DNA of 64,000 bases from Octopus bimaculoides (Eukaryota): the NCBI RefSeq assembly GCF_001194135.2, contig NC_068985.1, positions 18,223,014-18,287,013 of the forward strand, read 5' to 3'. Of this stretch, positions 1-12,660 are shown piece by piece. Numbering within the stretch: the stretch's first letter is position 1; every line of letters starts with the position of its first letter. Both the position numbers and the translations under genes were made by a program. The notes beneath the pieces were generated by a model. That model was given only the letters and a program-made list of their open reading frames with translations. It made no database searches and was not told the origin of the DNA.

Positions 1-65
1 CCATAACGATCCACAAATTGTCGAAACATAGAGTCTGAATTCTTTTTCAACTCTATACAAAACTT

Positions 66-1500
66 TATAAAACTTAGATATGTTTCGACCAAAGATTGGC
101 CCAGGCCATGTTTAACTTAATAGCACTGCCTGACAGGATTATCTAAATCCTTTTTAAGTCAAGTTTTATGATATCATGGTCTATTCGAGTAGGGAGTTCT
201 TGTTGAGTGAGTTGTATCCAGGTATAGGTGGTTTATCTGGTATTCCTTGAAGAAATTTGTCCAGATTCCGTTTAAAGGTGATGGGATCCTTTTCCTCTTT
301 AATCTGTCTTGGGACAATGTTAAATAGGGCAGGGCCTGTTGAGGAAAAGAAATTGTGTTGCAGTGTATTTATGTGTTGTGATCCTGAATTGCGTAGGGGA
401 CTATGGCCCGTAGTCCTAGCCTTGGATGATTTTTGAAGCTAATGTTGAGATCGTTTAGGCAATGCTGGTGGTATATTCTTCACATCGTGCAAATGCTGTA
501 TCGCTCGCGGCGGCGCTGGAGAGAATAGAGTTTCAATGCTTTAAGGCGACCTCAATAATCGAGATCAGTCATGCCCTTAATTCGTTTAGTGAATGCCCTC
601 TGGGGTGATTCAATTTTCGAGATGTTTTGTTTTGTATAGGGAGACTGCAGGGGGCAGCAGTATTCGAGGTGTGGCCGTACAAAGGAGAGACAAGTGGAAT
701 GATGATCCCTTGTTCTCTTGACTGGAAGGTTCTTAAGATCCAGGAGCTCATTCTACGAGCCATATCGACCTTATTGTTGATGTGGGCACTCCAACTGAGA
801 TTGTTATCAACAATTACTCCTAGGTCTCTGATATTATTAGATGCTGTGAGAGGTTTCCCTAAAGGAAGAGAGTATGGTTGTTTTAGTATAGTCTTTTTTC
901 CAAAATGCATCAGCTCAAATTCTCCCTCGTTTAGTTGCATTTTGTTTTTGTCTGCCCATTAACTCACCGCATGTAGATCAGACTGGAGTTGAGTTCGGTC
1001 TTCTTCTTCATTGATGATTTTCTGGAGCTTAGTGTCATCAGCAAATATTTCCACTTTGCTGTGTTTTACGACGCTGGAAAGGTCATTTATATAGATTATA
1101 AAGAGGAGCGGGTCCAAGACAGTCCCTGAGAGACACCACTAGTGACTTTTGCTGGGCTTGAGTGGACTCCATCGACCACAACATGTGTTCTGTTCGCCAA
1201 GAAATATTCAATCCAGTGTAGAAGTTTTCCACGGATTCCAACATTTGACAATTTTGAGAGTAAGATATGGTCAACTCTGTCGAACGCTTTACTGAAGTCA
1301 AGATATATGACATCAGAGTTCGAACCTGTTCCCAAGGCTTTAAGTATATCATCGATGTGGAGTAAGAGCTGTGTTAGACAGTCCCTGCCACAGCGAAAAC
1401 CATGCTAATTTTCATTTAGGGGTTTGTGGATATCCAGGAAGCCAGCTATCCTTGACCTTACCACTCTTTCAAACACTTTAATGATATGGGAGGTGAGTGA
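66..1500 (-). mobile_element. 5'-truncated, frameshifted CR1/L2-group LINE (RT C-terminal half and 3' end)
   Basis: Minus-strand frames read LTSHIIKVFERVV, DVIYLDFSKAFDRVDH, VTSGVSQG, IFADDTKLQKII and MQLNEGEFELMHFGKK, which are typical CR1-type RT motifs interrupted by stops and frameshifts. Confidence 0.9.
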
Positions 1501-1664
1501 GATATAAAAATGTATTTGAAATTTTTTTATGCTTTTCAATCTATATAAATTTACACTTTTCAATCTATATAAATTCCGTAATACTGATTGTGAAACAAAT
1601 AATTAAGAAAAATAAACTGATATTGAGATAAATATTTTGCTTATTGTTGATATTTATCTTTCAG

Positions 1665-1697
1665 AAATTCTGGTACCCAGATGGAAGAAACGAATTG
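1665..1697 (+). CDS. Probable 33-nt coding microexon of an unidentified plus-strand gene
   Basis: Acceptor tttatctttcAG before 1665 and donor TTG|GTGCGT after 1697. In phase 1 it reads (x)ILVPRWKKRI(G) and joins the 5458 exon in frame. Confidence 0.55.
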
Positions 1698-1800
1698 GTG
1701 CGTATTTTCCAATTATCTGTTTACAGATTCTATTTATGAAAGGATAAGAACTAAATAAATAAGGAAACTGCATACGTTATGTTAATACCATGCTATCCTT

Positions 1801-2365
1801 ATTGTAATTCTTGTTGTCGTCGTCGTCGTTTTACTTTTCAGAGCGCTCGGTTTTATTTGCTCTGGATGATTCTGTGAGAGCCTGTTGTCAAGGGTCTCAC
1901 GGGGTCCCTTTCTGCACATTATAAGCTTTGATACTTGGTTGTTAATTATCGTGGAAGACATTCAACATCCAAGTACCAATCTCAAAATCCTAGCTGTCTC
2001 CAGCAGAGCAGTTTTGTTGTGGGAGTTGGGGCTTGCTCTGTTCTCACGTTAATTCCAATTTCCCTGACATATTTCTCGAACTTGGTTGTTAGTGCTCCGA
2101 GTGCCCCTACGATTACTGGAATGGCAGACACTCTCCTCATAGTCCACATTCTTGCAATTTCGTCTTTTAGTAGTCTGTACTTTTCAATCTTTTCTAGTTC
2201 TTTGTCACTTATGCGTGCATCCCCAGGTATTGTAATATCTATAATCTTGGTTTCTTTTTTTTTTTTTACCTTATCTTCAAATATTTACCTCCTCATATAG
2301 AAAACCTTTCTTTGATTTCCTTAACTGTCTTCTGTTTCTCTACCTCTAGGTATTTCCCCTCCATA
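1801..2365 (-). mobile_element. R4/Dong-type non-LTR retrotransposon 3' fragment (restriction-like endonuclease)
   Basis: Minus strand reads KIIDITIPGDARISDKELEKIEKYRLLKDEIARMWTMRRVSAIPVIVGALGALTTKFEKYVREIG, an RLE domain C-terminus, followed by a (GAC/AAC)n-like tail near 1810-1830. Confidence 0.8.
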
Positions 2366-3104
2366 ACATCAACATAGAACATGAATAGAAACGTTATTTT
2401 CCATTCATTTCCAAACTTTTCTTTATGTATCAATTTCAATTTTAATCAACGTCATCTATCTTTTGCTGTTGTTGTTTATTGAACTCATTAAATATTTTAT
2501 TGATTTATTTAAATTCACGCATGAAAATTGTTTCAGTTTAAAAAGAGATTACTTAAAACGTTTCTCAACTAATATGAGTATCTATTAGTTTTCGAGAAAA
2601 TTCCATCCTTATTCACAGCTGTTTTTTGAAATTCTTTGTCCTATAGCTGAGAATATTTCACATATAACATCCGCTTAATTAATGCGAGGACATAGTATCA
2701 CATTTCGAAGTTCGATTGTAAAAACAACTTATATTGTTTGATTTTAATTTAACTTGCGTATATTCTAAAGAACCATTGTTCATTTTGGGAACAAGTAACA
2801 GGAAACAGATTGAGTTTCACCTTGATTAGTCAAAGACAGGAATATCAAACTAAATGTCAGTTTTAATTTCTAATACTTTACAATTGCCCTAAATACTGCA
2901 GCTATAAATATTTTTATCAAAGTACTCTTCAGTGCCATATGCAAGATATGTGCTATTAATTGTATTCTCACTTTTTTTGTCTTTTTCTCTGAAATTCTTC
3001 GAAATTTGTTTACAAAGAAGCAAAGCGAAACGATAATAGTAGTAAAAGTATTTATATACATACATGCATACATACATACTTCAGCAATGTAACTACACAC
3101 ATGC

Positions 3105-3280
3105 TGTGGGCGATTTCTTTTTCTTTCTTGTACTTTTCTCTCTCTCTCTCCTTTCCGACGAAGAGCTATACTCGAAACGTCAAAAACTCTCTCCTTTTAC
3201 TGAACGTCAATCTAATTCATTCCCTGTGCACGTTCTCTTGTTGTCTGCTATTGTTAATTTTATTATTCGTTTATTTGAAT

Positions 3281-3282
<2 letters not shown>
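3105..3282 (+). mobile_element. Penelope-like pseudo-LTR fragment with degenerate minimal hammerhead motif
   Basis: 3155-3181 CCGACGA-A-GAG-ctata-CTC-GAAA-CG-TC matches the PLE minimal type I hammerhead layout, with a U4-to-C change in the core. Confidence 0.6.
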
Positions 3283-3345
<63 letters not shown>

Positions 3346-3544
3346 NNNNNNNNNNNNNNNNNNNNNNNNNNNNNNNNNNNNNNNNNNNNNNNNNNNNNNN
3401 NNNNNNNNNNNNNNNNNNNNNNNNNNNNNNNNNNNNNNNNNNNNNNNNNNNNNNNNNNNNNNNNNNNNNNNNNNNNNNNNNNNNNNNNNNNNNNNNNNNN
3501 NNNNTGTGGTATTGTCCGTACAACTCAAAGTAAGGTGAATAAAA

Positions 3545-4772
3545 TCAAAATAGCAACAGGATAGCAACAGGATAGCAAGAGGTATTGCAGTGCGACCGTT
3601 TCAAGTGACTCCATTTAATTGAACAATACAATCATTACATCAGTTTAAATCCGGGGCTATCCTCAGCTGCATAAATAAGTAAAAAATTTTAATCAGTTGA
3701 ACACATTAATATAATTTTACTTAAATTCTCTAATAGAGCAAGAAGAGGGGAAAAGTCCATGTTGCTACTAATGAAGCTCAAAATATACTACACTTCTAAA
3801 AACTTATGAAGTTTGTTAGGGCCATAGCTTGTAAAGGATTGTGATTCATTTTTAATTTATTAGTCTTTTTTATCAACTACCAAATCTAAGGCTAGAGGAC
3901 AATGTCTGTTTAGAATGGATAGACGGAGTGAGTTGACAGTTTATAGTTGAGTATGGTCATAAATATTGTCGTGATTTTAAGAAATGTGTAAGTAATTGTC
4001 TATAAAGAAGGCTGTAGGGGAAAACCCTAAATCAAGATGTTAATTACCAGTTAAAGGGGCAAGACGCTAATAAAACCTAGGATGTTAATACAGAGGAAAT
4101 TATCATGGGGTACAATGGATGATTGTATATAAACAATATTGTTATATTGTATGACGATAAAATTTAAGATTACGAAAAATGATATTATAACCAGAATAGA
4201 TAAACTGTGTATATATAGCAATTTTCAACATTAAAAAGGGAAGATTATATAGAATTAGTTTAATATTCATTCCTGTACTTAATTATTTACTTATAAGGTG
4301 GTTTTCTATAAAGATTGCTCTGGATATTTACTTATAGAATACTGGGGCAATAAATCATGCTCTCTTTATATTAATTGTAAGCTAAGAATCAGAAAAAAAT
4401 CAGAAAAATAAGTTGTGCACAAATACGTACTCATATTTAACTATGTGCACACAAGCAAATATACACAAATATTTGTAATTTATTATGGATATGCTATAAT
4501 CAACTCTTCTAGACTTAAGTAACTAGAAAGTTTATATTTCTCTTTGAGAACATTAATAACTAGATTTAGGGTTTTTTTCCCTCTTCTTGCTCTATTAGTG
4601 AATTTAAGTAAAATTATATTAATGTGTCCAACTGATTAAAAAAATTTGTTTATTTAAGCAGCTGAGGATAGCCCTGCATTCAAATTCATGTAATGGTTGC
4701 ATTGTTCAATTAAATGGAGTCGCATGAAACGGTCGTACTGCATCACCTCTTGATATCCTGTTGCTTATTTTG
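3545..4772. repeat. Long inverted repeat (arms ~3545-3760 and ~4570-4772), probably two divergent Penelope-like 3' ends
   Basis: gctatcctcagctgc...ttaatataattttacttaaattc.ctaatagagcaagaagaggg at 3.65-3.76 kb is the reverse complement of 4.58-4.68 kb. The right arm is preceded by a GIY-YIG-C-terminus-like frame (RLK*LESLYF) and contains a CTGAGGA...GAAACGGTCGTA motif. Confidence 0.8.

Positions 4773-4824
<52 letters not shown>
4773..4824. repeat. (GATA)n microsatellite
   Basis: Direct inspection. Confidence 0.95.
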
Positions 4825-4826
<2 letters not shown>

Positions 4827-4827
4827 A

Positions 4828-5046
4828 CACGAAGGAGTGCTGAGAAGTTCCTGGCTTTGGGTAAAAAAATATAGGAGGATCAGTGAATTATGATTTTATT
4901 CAACATATTCCCCTCTCAGATCCACACACCTATTGCAGCGCTCCTTCAATTTGTCTAAACCCTGTGAAAGAACTCGGGAGGTTGAGCCTCCAGCCAGGCC
5001 TTTCACGATACCACTAAAGCCATGAGCTTTTCAACATCCCCTCGTA
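4828..5046. mobile_element. Mariner-derived MITE
   Basis: ~30-bp imperfect TIRs: (c)acgaaggagtgctgagaagttcctggcttt versus the reverse complement of aaagccatgagcttttcaacatcccctcgta. TA at the right end. Confidence 0.75.
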
Positions 5047-5184
5047 TCCAGCTAGGGAGTTAATCCTACGACGAATCGACGCTTCGTTCAGGAGTGAGGG
5101 AGTATTGTAATCTGTCAGTCAGTCGCACGCCATTCAAACCGGGTCTTATGAGTCTTAGGGCTCGTGACAGACTTAAGTCGTACG

Positions 5185-5215
<31 letters not shown>

Positions 5216-5457
5216 AAGAGGAGGAGGAGGATGCAGTTGTTGTTTATAAGTATGATGACGATGATGATGGTTCACAACTCAAGTCGTTCTGCTTCATTAG
5301 GTATAGACAAAAATGTAACTGGCCCAATGAGTCAGAATGTCACGTGTGTTGCCGTCGGTGTTTCATAAATGTTTCATTGGTTTCTTTTTATTCTTAAATT
5401 TTTGAATAATTTTACCTTTTTCTTTTCTTTTTTTTTCTTTTTCTTTCATTCCCCCAG

Positions 5458-5615
5458 GATTCGCTGGTTTGGATAATATGGATGTCATGACCTCCGTTTT
5501 AGAGCATACTCGGCAAAAAGACACCTCCATGGACTTAAGGAAAATACGAAATCATAACCCACCTCTACATTTGTCTCCGATGGATGTCCGCCGGCTGTTG
5601 GAAGCCGGCAAATAA
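5458..5615 (+). CDS. Probable terminal coding exon of an unidentified plus-strand gene
   Basis: Very long polypyrimidine tract (~5412-5455) plus cccccAG. Phase-1 open frame (G)FAGLDNMDVMTSVLEHTRQKDTSMDLRKIRNHNPPLHLSPMDVRRLLEAGK ends at TAA 5613-5615. The other two frames stop early. Confidence 0.65.
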
Positions 5616-6054
5616 GGATGATTACTTAACATGATAGTGACAGAAATACTTGGCAAATGTTTAGAATATTTTCTTTTTCCTAGAGTCTCTCACTACAAAT
5701 TGGAGGATCTGAAGCCACATTTTTTAAATCTTCTCTCTGTATGAAATTTCATTCCATTACAATTTACTATGTACTAGCGTCTGATAGTAAACATATCAAA
5801 GCAAATATATTGAAACTTTTGCAATTTATCCAAGGTTTAAAATTAAAATGTTCAAAGCAAATGTATGCTGTGTGTTTATTTTTATTATTATTTCATTCCA
5901 TTTGTAATTCTGTGCTTTTCTTTGTTCATTAATCAATCGTTTCAAACTTTTTGTTTTTGTATTGTATTTTGTATTTTCATANNNNNNNNNNNNNNNNNNN
6001 NNNNNNNNNNNNNNNNNNNNNNNNNNNNNNNNNNNNNNNNNNNNNNNNNNNNNN

Positions 6055-6085
<31 letters not shown>

Positions 6086-6842
6086 ACAGTGGTCCAGTGC
6101 TTCAATAAGTTTTATGAGTCAGAAAAAATTAGGCTCTCGATTATTAGGTAAAAGAGTGGGTATATTATTATTTATAACATCCACTTAATTAATTAATTAA
6201 TTAATTAATTATGTAATATTGTAGTCCTATAACATCCAGTTATCAGCATATCACCAACTGGTGTCATGCTGATAACCTTCCAGAGGCGGGGTGGAACGTT
6301 TTCAGCATGAAAACTTTCGGTAACATTAATTGGTTGTTATGATACTATGGTGTTGTATAAATAATGTGTGTTTGTGTGTATGTGTATACGTATACATATA
6401 AACTATATTATATAAATATTCCGGTATGTTGGAACTTGTCGGTCAGACTTGATGATGTTAGCACCTGTTAGAGCTGGCCTGAACATCTTTTTTGTGGAAA
6501 ACTACCAGTTGCCCATAGCTGAAATCTCCCCATGTCATTGATGTTGCTAAAGAGAAAGGCCACCGCTTAAGGGTTTGTCCAGCTTGGCAGCAACGCTGTC
6601 GCAGGCGTTACCGTCAGAACGCAAAGGGCTGAAATAGACATTACAAGACATCTTGTCCGATGGTCTAACTGTTCCATCAATCTACTCCTTTGGGTTGATC
6701 CTTTATTTTACAACCCCTGAAGGATGAAAGGCAAAATGACCTCGGTGGGATTTGAACACAAGGTGCAGACAGTTACAATAAATACTGCAAGGATTCTATC
6801 CAACGCTCTAACGACGCGGGTAAAGCAAAAATAGTCTTTGCC

Positions 6843-7290
6843 TTTTATCTTTTACTTGCTGCCATCATTGGACTGCGGCTCCGTCCTGAGGGGCTTAGTC
6901 AAACAAACAGACCCCAGTACTAATTTTTTAAGGCAGGTACTTATTCTAGCTGTACTTTTGACGAAACGCTAAGTTACGTGGGCGTAAACTAACCAATACC
7001 GATTGTGGAACGGTTGTAGAGGACAAACGCAAGCACAAAGACACACATATACACCCCCACACAGGTATATGTATATGTATACACACACGCACACACACAT
7101 ATTTATATGTATACATATATATACACACACACAACGTGTGGGGGGGGGCGGCAGTCTTCTTTCAGTTTTCGTCTACCAAATTCACTCACATGACATTGGT
7201 TGATCCGGGACTTTAGCAGAAGACACTCGCCCACAGTGGGACTGAACCCGGATCCACGTGGTTGCAAGCAAGCTTGTTCGCCATACAGAC
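6843..7290 (-). mobile_element. tRNA-derived octopus-type SINE (OK/OR-like family), diverged
   Basis: Reverse complement of the recurrent head (…ccacgtggatccgggttcagtcccactgtgggcgagtgtcttc…), internal CA tract and 3' tail shared with other copies in the window. Confidence 0.75.
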
Positions 7291-8024
7291 AGTTTAGCAT
7301 GCTATTAAACTTCAACGTCCAATAGGAAATCGTTCGTGTTGTGAATGCGACAAATTTGACAAATATGAAGTTTCCATGTTGTTCAACAATGCTTTTACAA
7401 CTAGCTACGTCATTTAACACCTGCTAACAAATAAATTTCGTATTTGTTTCCATCCGAACCAGTTAAATTTGCTGCAAGAACAAGAAAAGCTGTAAAGAAA
7501 AGAAAATTTTGCTTGCAAATGTGAAAATATTAGACAATAGATCTTTTTCAAAATATGTATGAACAACTTATGATTTCGTTTCTTACGTTCTTAAGTGGTT
7601 CATTCATATTTTTCTGCATCAATAATGACTGCAGTGTTTCTTCTAGATATTTTATTATCAAGATTCCTCTGTTATATATATATATATATATAAGAATGGT
7701 TTAAATAGCTTAAGTTTCACGCTTTAGCAAAACTTCAACTCACTCAACCCATCAATATTGCAAAAGAGATTCTTACGTTTACACGTAAGTGTCATTTATT
7801 CAAAATAAATAACAAATGAGCAGATAAAATGACAAGCACAGACTATTGAATATATTTTGTTCATTTGATAGCTATTTCCATCGACCTTGCTGCTGTTGTT
7901 GCTGCTGCTGCTGCTGTTGTTTGCAGTGCTTCAAAACTATCAATATCAACCGTGTAGCCTGTCGTTGAGGTTTTTAAATGCCTAATAACGTAACTAAGAA
8001 GAAACATGAGAGATAATGCAATAT

Positions 8025-8200
8025 AGTTCTCGTTGTGCGGCTAAGAAGTCAGCGCTTCGCATCCAAGTGGTTTCAGGTTCAGTCCCACTGCGCGACAATT
8101 TGCACAAGTATCTTTTTTGCTATAGCCCTGGGCCGACTAAAGCCTTGTGTATGAATTTCACTGATGGAAAAATGTGTGAAAGTCCATTGTGTATACTTGT
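8025..8200 (+). mobile_element. SINE 5' part (tRNA-like head)
   Basis: ggtttcaggttcagtcccactgcgcg…gcaagtatc…ctatagccctgggccgactaaagccttgtgtatgaattt matches the head of other copies (e.g. 53586). Confidence 0.7.
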
Positions 8201-8227
8201 GTGCGTGTGCATGTGTGAGTATACGTG

Positions 8228-8265
<38 letters not shown>

Positions 8266-8760
8266 CTTTATTACCCACAAGGGGCTACACACAGAGGGGA
8301 CAAACAAGGACAAACAAACATATTNNNNNNNNNNNNNNNNNNNNNNNNNNNNNNNNNNNNNNNNNNNNNNNNNNNNNNNNNNNNNNNNNNNNNNNNNNNN
8401 NNNNNNNNNNNNNNNNNNNNNNNNNNNNNNNNNNNNNNNNNNNNNNNNNNNNNNNNNNNNNNNNNNNNNNNNNNNNNNNNNNNNNNNNNNNNNNNNNNNN
8501 NNNNNNNNNNNNNNNNNNNNNNNNNNNNNNNNNNNNNNNNNNNNNNNNNNNNNNNNNNNNNNNNNNNNNNNNNNNNNNNNNNNNNNNNNNNNNNNNNNNN
8601 NNNNNNNNNNNNNNNNNNNNNNNNNNNNNNNNNNNNNNNNNNNNNNNNNNNNNNNNNNNNNNNNNNNNNNNNNNNNNNNNNNNNNNNNNNNNNNNNNNNN
8701 NNNNNNNNNNNNNNNNNNNNNNNNNNNNNNNNNNNNNNNNNNNNNNNNNNNNNNNNNNNN

Positions 8761-8930
8761 GGGGGGCGACCCCTGTTGTACTCATTCGCCCCAACTTTCT
8801 CTCACTCTTTCTTCCTGTTTCTTGAGTAACGCTGCGGTGGACTGGCGTCCCGTCCACCTGGAGGGAACACATACGCCATAGAAACCGGGCCCATGAGCCT
8901 GGCTAGGCTTTAAAAGGGTCCATAAATAAA
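8761..8930 (+). mobile_element. 3' half of a second SINE family
   Basis: gctgcggtggactggcgtcccgtccacctgg…catagaaaccgggcccatgagcctggctaggctttaaaaggg resembles a conserved SINE core and tail. Family assignment is uncertain. Confidence 0.5.
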
Positions 8931-8949
8931 TTTAAAAATTGCTTTGTTC

Positions 8950-9125
8950 AAGTTACAACAAAAGCAGCCCAGCACCGTCTGAAGCCACTTCTCTGCCAGT
9001 TCTTTGACACCCCCACCCCATGCTGATACCAGTTTTAGTTGTTAGAGGCGAAGAACTCCTTCACTGAAGCTTCCACTTCCTCTTGGTTGATGAAGTGTCG
9101 CGAAGTGAGCGATAGATAGGAACAA
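8950..9125 (-). mobile_element. Mariner transposase C-terminal remnant
   Basis: Minus strand reads RHFINQEEVEASVKEFFAS and GVKELAEKWLQTVL, typical of the mariner C-terminus. Confidence 0.65.
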
Positions 9126-9258
9126 GGTTGCTTTTGTTGACGAATGAAATAAATGGGTTACCAAAATATTTCAAAACTTTTGATTCAACACAATATATTT
9201 CATCAAGATCAAAGGACCGCACTGAGTAGCCTGAACACAAACAATATATGATATACTG

Positions 9259-9410
9259 AAGGCGGCGGGCTGGCAGAAACGTTAACACGCCAGGCGAAAT
9301 GCTTAGCGGTATTTCGTCCGTCTTTACGTTCTGAGTTCAAATTCCGCCGAGGTCGACTTTGCCTTTCATCCTTTCGGAGTCGATAAATTAAGTGCCAGTT
9401 ACGCACTTTG
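9259..9410 (+). mobile_element. SINE (aggcggcgggctggcagaa… family), CpG-intact copy
   Basis: Same family recurs at 15420-15570(-), 44300-44520(-), 45530-45730(-) and 60650-60835(+). Confidence 0.8.
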
Positions 9411-9720
9411 ATGATTGCAACAATCACCAAAGAAACAGCTTCGTAAAATATCACACGGGACATGGTGCCACATCATTTTGTGCCACGAAAATGATGGTGT
9501 TCATACAGACCTTCTCGATGTGTGTCAGTGTCAATGAAAGTGAATATACTAAAGCCAGTTACATGTGTTTCATATTATTATATTGTTCCTCTATTGTTCT
9601 TATTACTTTTCGGTAAGGAGTGACAAGACAATCGGACCACCCTATACATACACACTTAGATGTTTGCAGACATGCATATATAAACGTGTATATGCAGTTA
9701 CGCGTGCATGCACACACACA

Positions 9721-9762
<42 letters not shown>

Positions 9763-9976
9763 GTCTCTCTCTCTCCAGATATATAAACACAATTTCATTC
9801 ATTTATGTAGCACGTGTGCAGGCATACAATATAGAAAATATAAGATTATTTTTTTTTTATGATTTCGAGCAAAAATCGGTTCGTAAATAAAACCAGGCAA
9901 TATGAAGTGTCGAAAATAAAAACATACCAATTAGAAGGCAAAATTGCTATGAAGAAAGAAGGAAGGAAAGAGTTCA

Positions 9977-10017
<41 letters not shown>

Positions 10018-11309
10018 TGTGTGTGTACATGTATGTATGTGTGTATGTATGTATGTAAATTGCGACGTGAATTCTTCAATACTGTAGGTAGGAAAGTAAA
10101 CTAAACCAAATTCAGTATTTCATAAGGCAACATTGATTCACGACAAAGAATGGATTGTAATCAACTTATACAAACTTTAAACCACTTTAATGCATAATTA
10201 TGCATTTAGGTGATTTATAATGAGTTAAAACTTATTTCGGTGGGTGTCTATGTAAACATATTATTGAGGTCTTAGATTCAAGCCAATGGAATCTTGATAC
10301 AACTTAAGCATTCTCTGAGTTAATCAGAAATGGAAATAGATCTAGATATAAATCTGCCATGGCGATAGGGTATGTGATCCAGGATATACCTAGCAACATT
10401 GTATATGTGTTCGATCGTTTCTCTTAGAAACCAAATGTACCTCGATAAGACAGTCGCAAAATATTTTTAACGGTTACAAAAAAAAGAAAAAAGGAAAATG
10501 TCTATGTTTGTAGATTCGCGTTTAAAATTTTGCTCAGTTAATCCAATTTAAAATTTCAGTTCGGGGTTGTTGCTCAAATGTAGTTTTGCGTAAAATAATA
10601 AAAATTGTAAGAACTTCGTAATAAGTAAGCAAAACAAATCAAATATGTGAATTCTATTGCATATTACTTCTCATAATTCCTTAATTTCAAATTCAAATTT
10701 CTAACCCCACCTCTTTTTATGAAGAAATAATTATCTCCCTTCTAATAGCTGCCATCGCTAGGGAAACCACATGATATACCAACTTCAAGCAGGTAGTTAT
10801 TTGTGTCAGCACAGTTACAAATAAGTGCGGGGTTTAGATTCGAGTTGTTTGTGGCATTTTTTTTAGCATTGTGACAGTCTTCTGAATGTGGTTATGAAGA
10901 TTTATATGCAGAGTAACTGACTTAAATAATATTCCCTTTTGAGGATCATATAATATCTGTGGTTCTTCGGGAAATGGCAAGAGAGTAATTTAAAAAGCTT
11001 CATTGTTATTTTACCTTTTTACAGCTAAGTTGAAAACAGGATTGTCCTATAATGTTTTGCGTTTTCTCCCCGCCAAGTCTTGGTATATTAATTTGCACCA
11101 TGTATCATATCTTCTCAAAGAATCCACTATCTTTTAGTGCTATATCATAACGCTGAGGAGATATTTTTAAATGTGATTTCATATGCAGACAATAAAGTAT
11201 CCGATTACTGATATTAAAGACTAAGTTAAATGGCAAAAATATATAAACAACGGTAATAATAAATACTACGACTAGTAGCAAACCAATACCACATGGAAAT
11301 AATAACAAA

Positions 11310-12660
11310 CCTGACTTCGGTGGGAATTTTATCAATTTGAATTTATCAAAATCTTTCGATATCGGTAACCATCGTTACTTGGTGGCTGCCGTCAGACAGT
11401 CGATTTCGGTTCCGTTTCTAGAGACTGCTGCTTCAATGTATAGCGGAATCTGCTCAATGGTCAGAGTAAACGGTCATTTATCAGAACTATTTCGAATCAT
11501 CCGTGCGGTCTGTCAAGAGCGTACTCTGTTACTTCTGCTGTATATACTGTCTCTTGTTTTCCTTCCGTGGAAACTGGAGATTATGAGGAGCATTTGTGCA
11601 AGTTTGGTCGCGAAAGAGCTGTAATGGTATTGGACAGCAGAGAAGTCAAAGTTTACGGTATTGTACATGTGACGGTGACAGAAACAAAGATCAACCAAGA
11701 TAAGTCGGTAGGCTTGCAGTTTGCCATCTGGACAAGAAAATTCATTCATGCTCTCGGCTTTCGCTGTGGGTTGCCAGGCTGATGAACTGGTTAAGTTGCT
11801 TAGCTCTAGTTCAGTCCGGACTGCTACGGACTGGAACGTGGTAACGGCAGAGTGGCCAGCCTCAGCCGGAGTAAGCTATAATTAGAAGGCTGAGCAAAGG
11901 TAGTGAACAAGAACATCGTTTCCGTTATATATCACAACCTGACTATCATACCTTGCACTTGTTTCCATATGATCAGCTTAGAGCGTCTACCCTTACATAT
12001 TTTATAAAAGAGATACGTTTCACAGGTCAGGCGGTCGATCTGCCAACAATTCCCACAGCATTCTGTGACTAATGATTCGTTGACATGCACTGAGGCTAAG
12101 ACATCTGAAGAGATTTCTAGATGGTGAGCAAGTTTAATTGCTGTTTGTCATGTACCTTTTCCTACACTGCATCTGTTTGATGGAGCTCCAGTCCTACATC
12201 AAACGATAACAAATATTTCTATAAAAGTCTAGAGAAGAGCGACGATGTTCTTGGGTAAGATCTAGACATCGACGACAATCAACTGATTCGCCTGTTCCGG
12301 AGACCTTTCGACCTGAAGACTATGGATAACGTCCGTTAATCCATGGTCTGTTAGTGATACAGGAGTGGAGGTATTCCAAGTTCGAGATAAACTGCACAGG
12401 CTCAGAAATGCCGTTAATGCGCGCAGAGCGACGAAATTGTTCTCCACGCACTAATTTAAAGCCCGAGCGTTGTTGACTTGTGCAAATAAGTCGATCAGTA
12501 GTTGTTTGGCTGAGTCCTTGGTGAGATCCCCACTACCTTCTTTTAGCCGTAAAGGCCATGAAGTTTTCGTCTTTCTAATGGTTATGATGAAAATAAATTG
12601 CATGGTAGACACTGGTGTTTTGAAGAGAACGGGTGTATTTAAGCAATTCCGTGAGAGTTG
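11310..12660 (+). mobile_element. Degenerate L1/Tx1-type LINE (RT to C-terminal region)
   Basis: Frames read GILSI*/NLSKSFDIGNHRYL, SMYSGICSMVRVNGHLSELFRI, TKINQDKSVGLQF, VRRSICQQ, VRDKLHR and LAESLVRSPLPSFSRKG, collinear with L1/Tx1 ORF2. Confidence 0.75.

Noticed and set aside
5164-5397. Acidic ORF (AAAADDDDDEEEEED)
   Set aside because: Produced by short trinucleotide repeats just upstream of the strong 5457 acceptor; most likely intronic.
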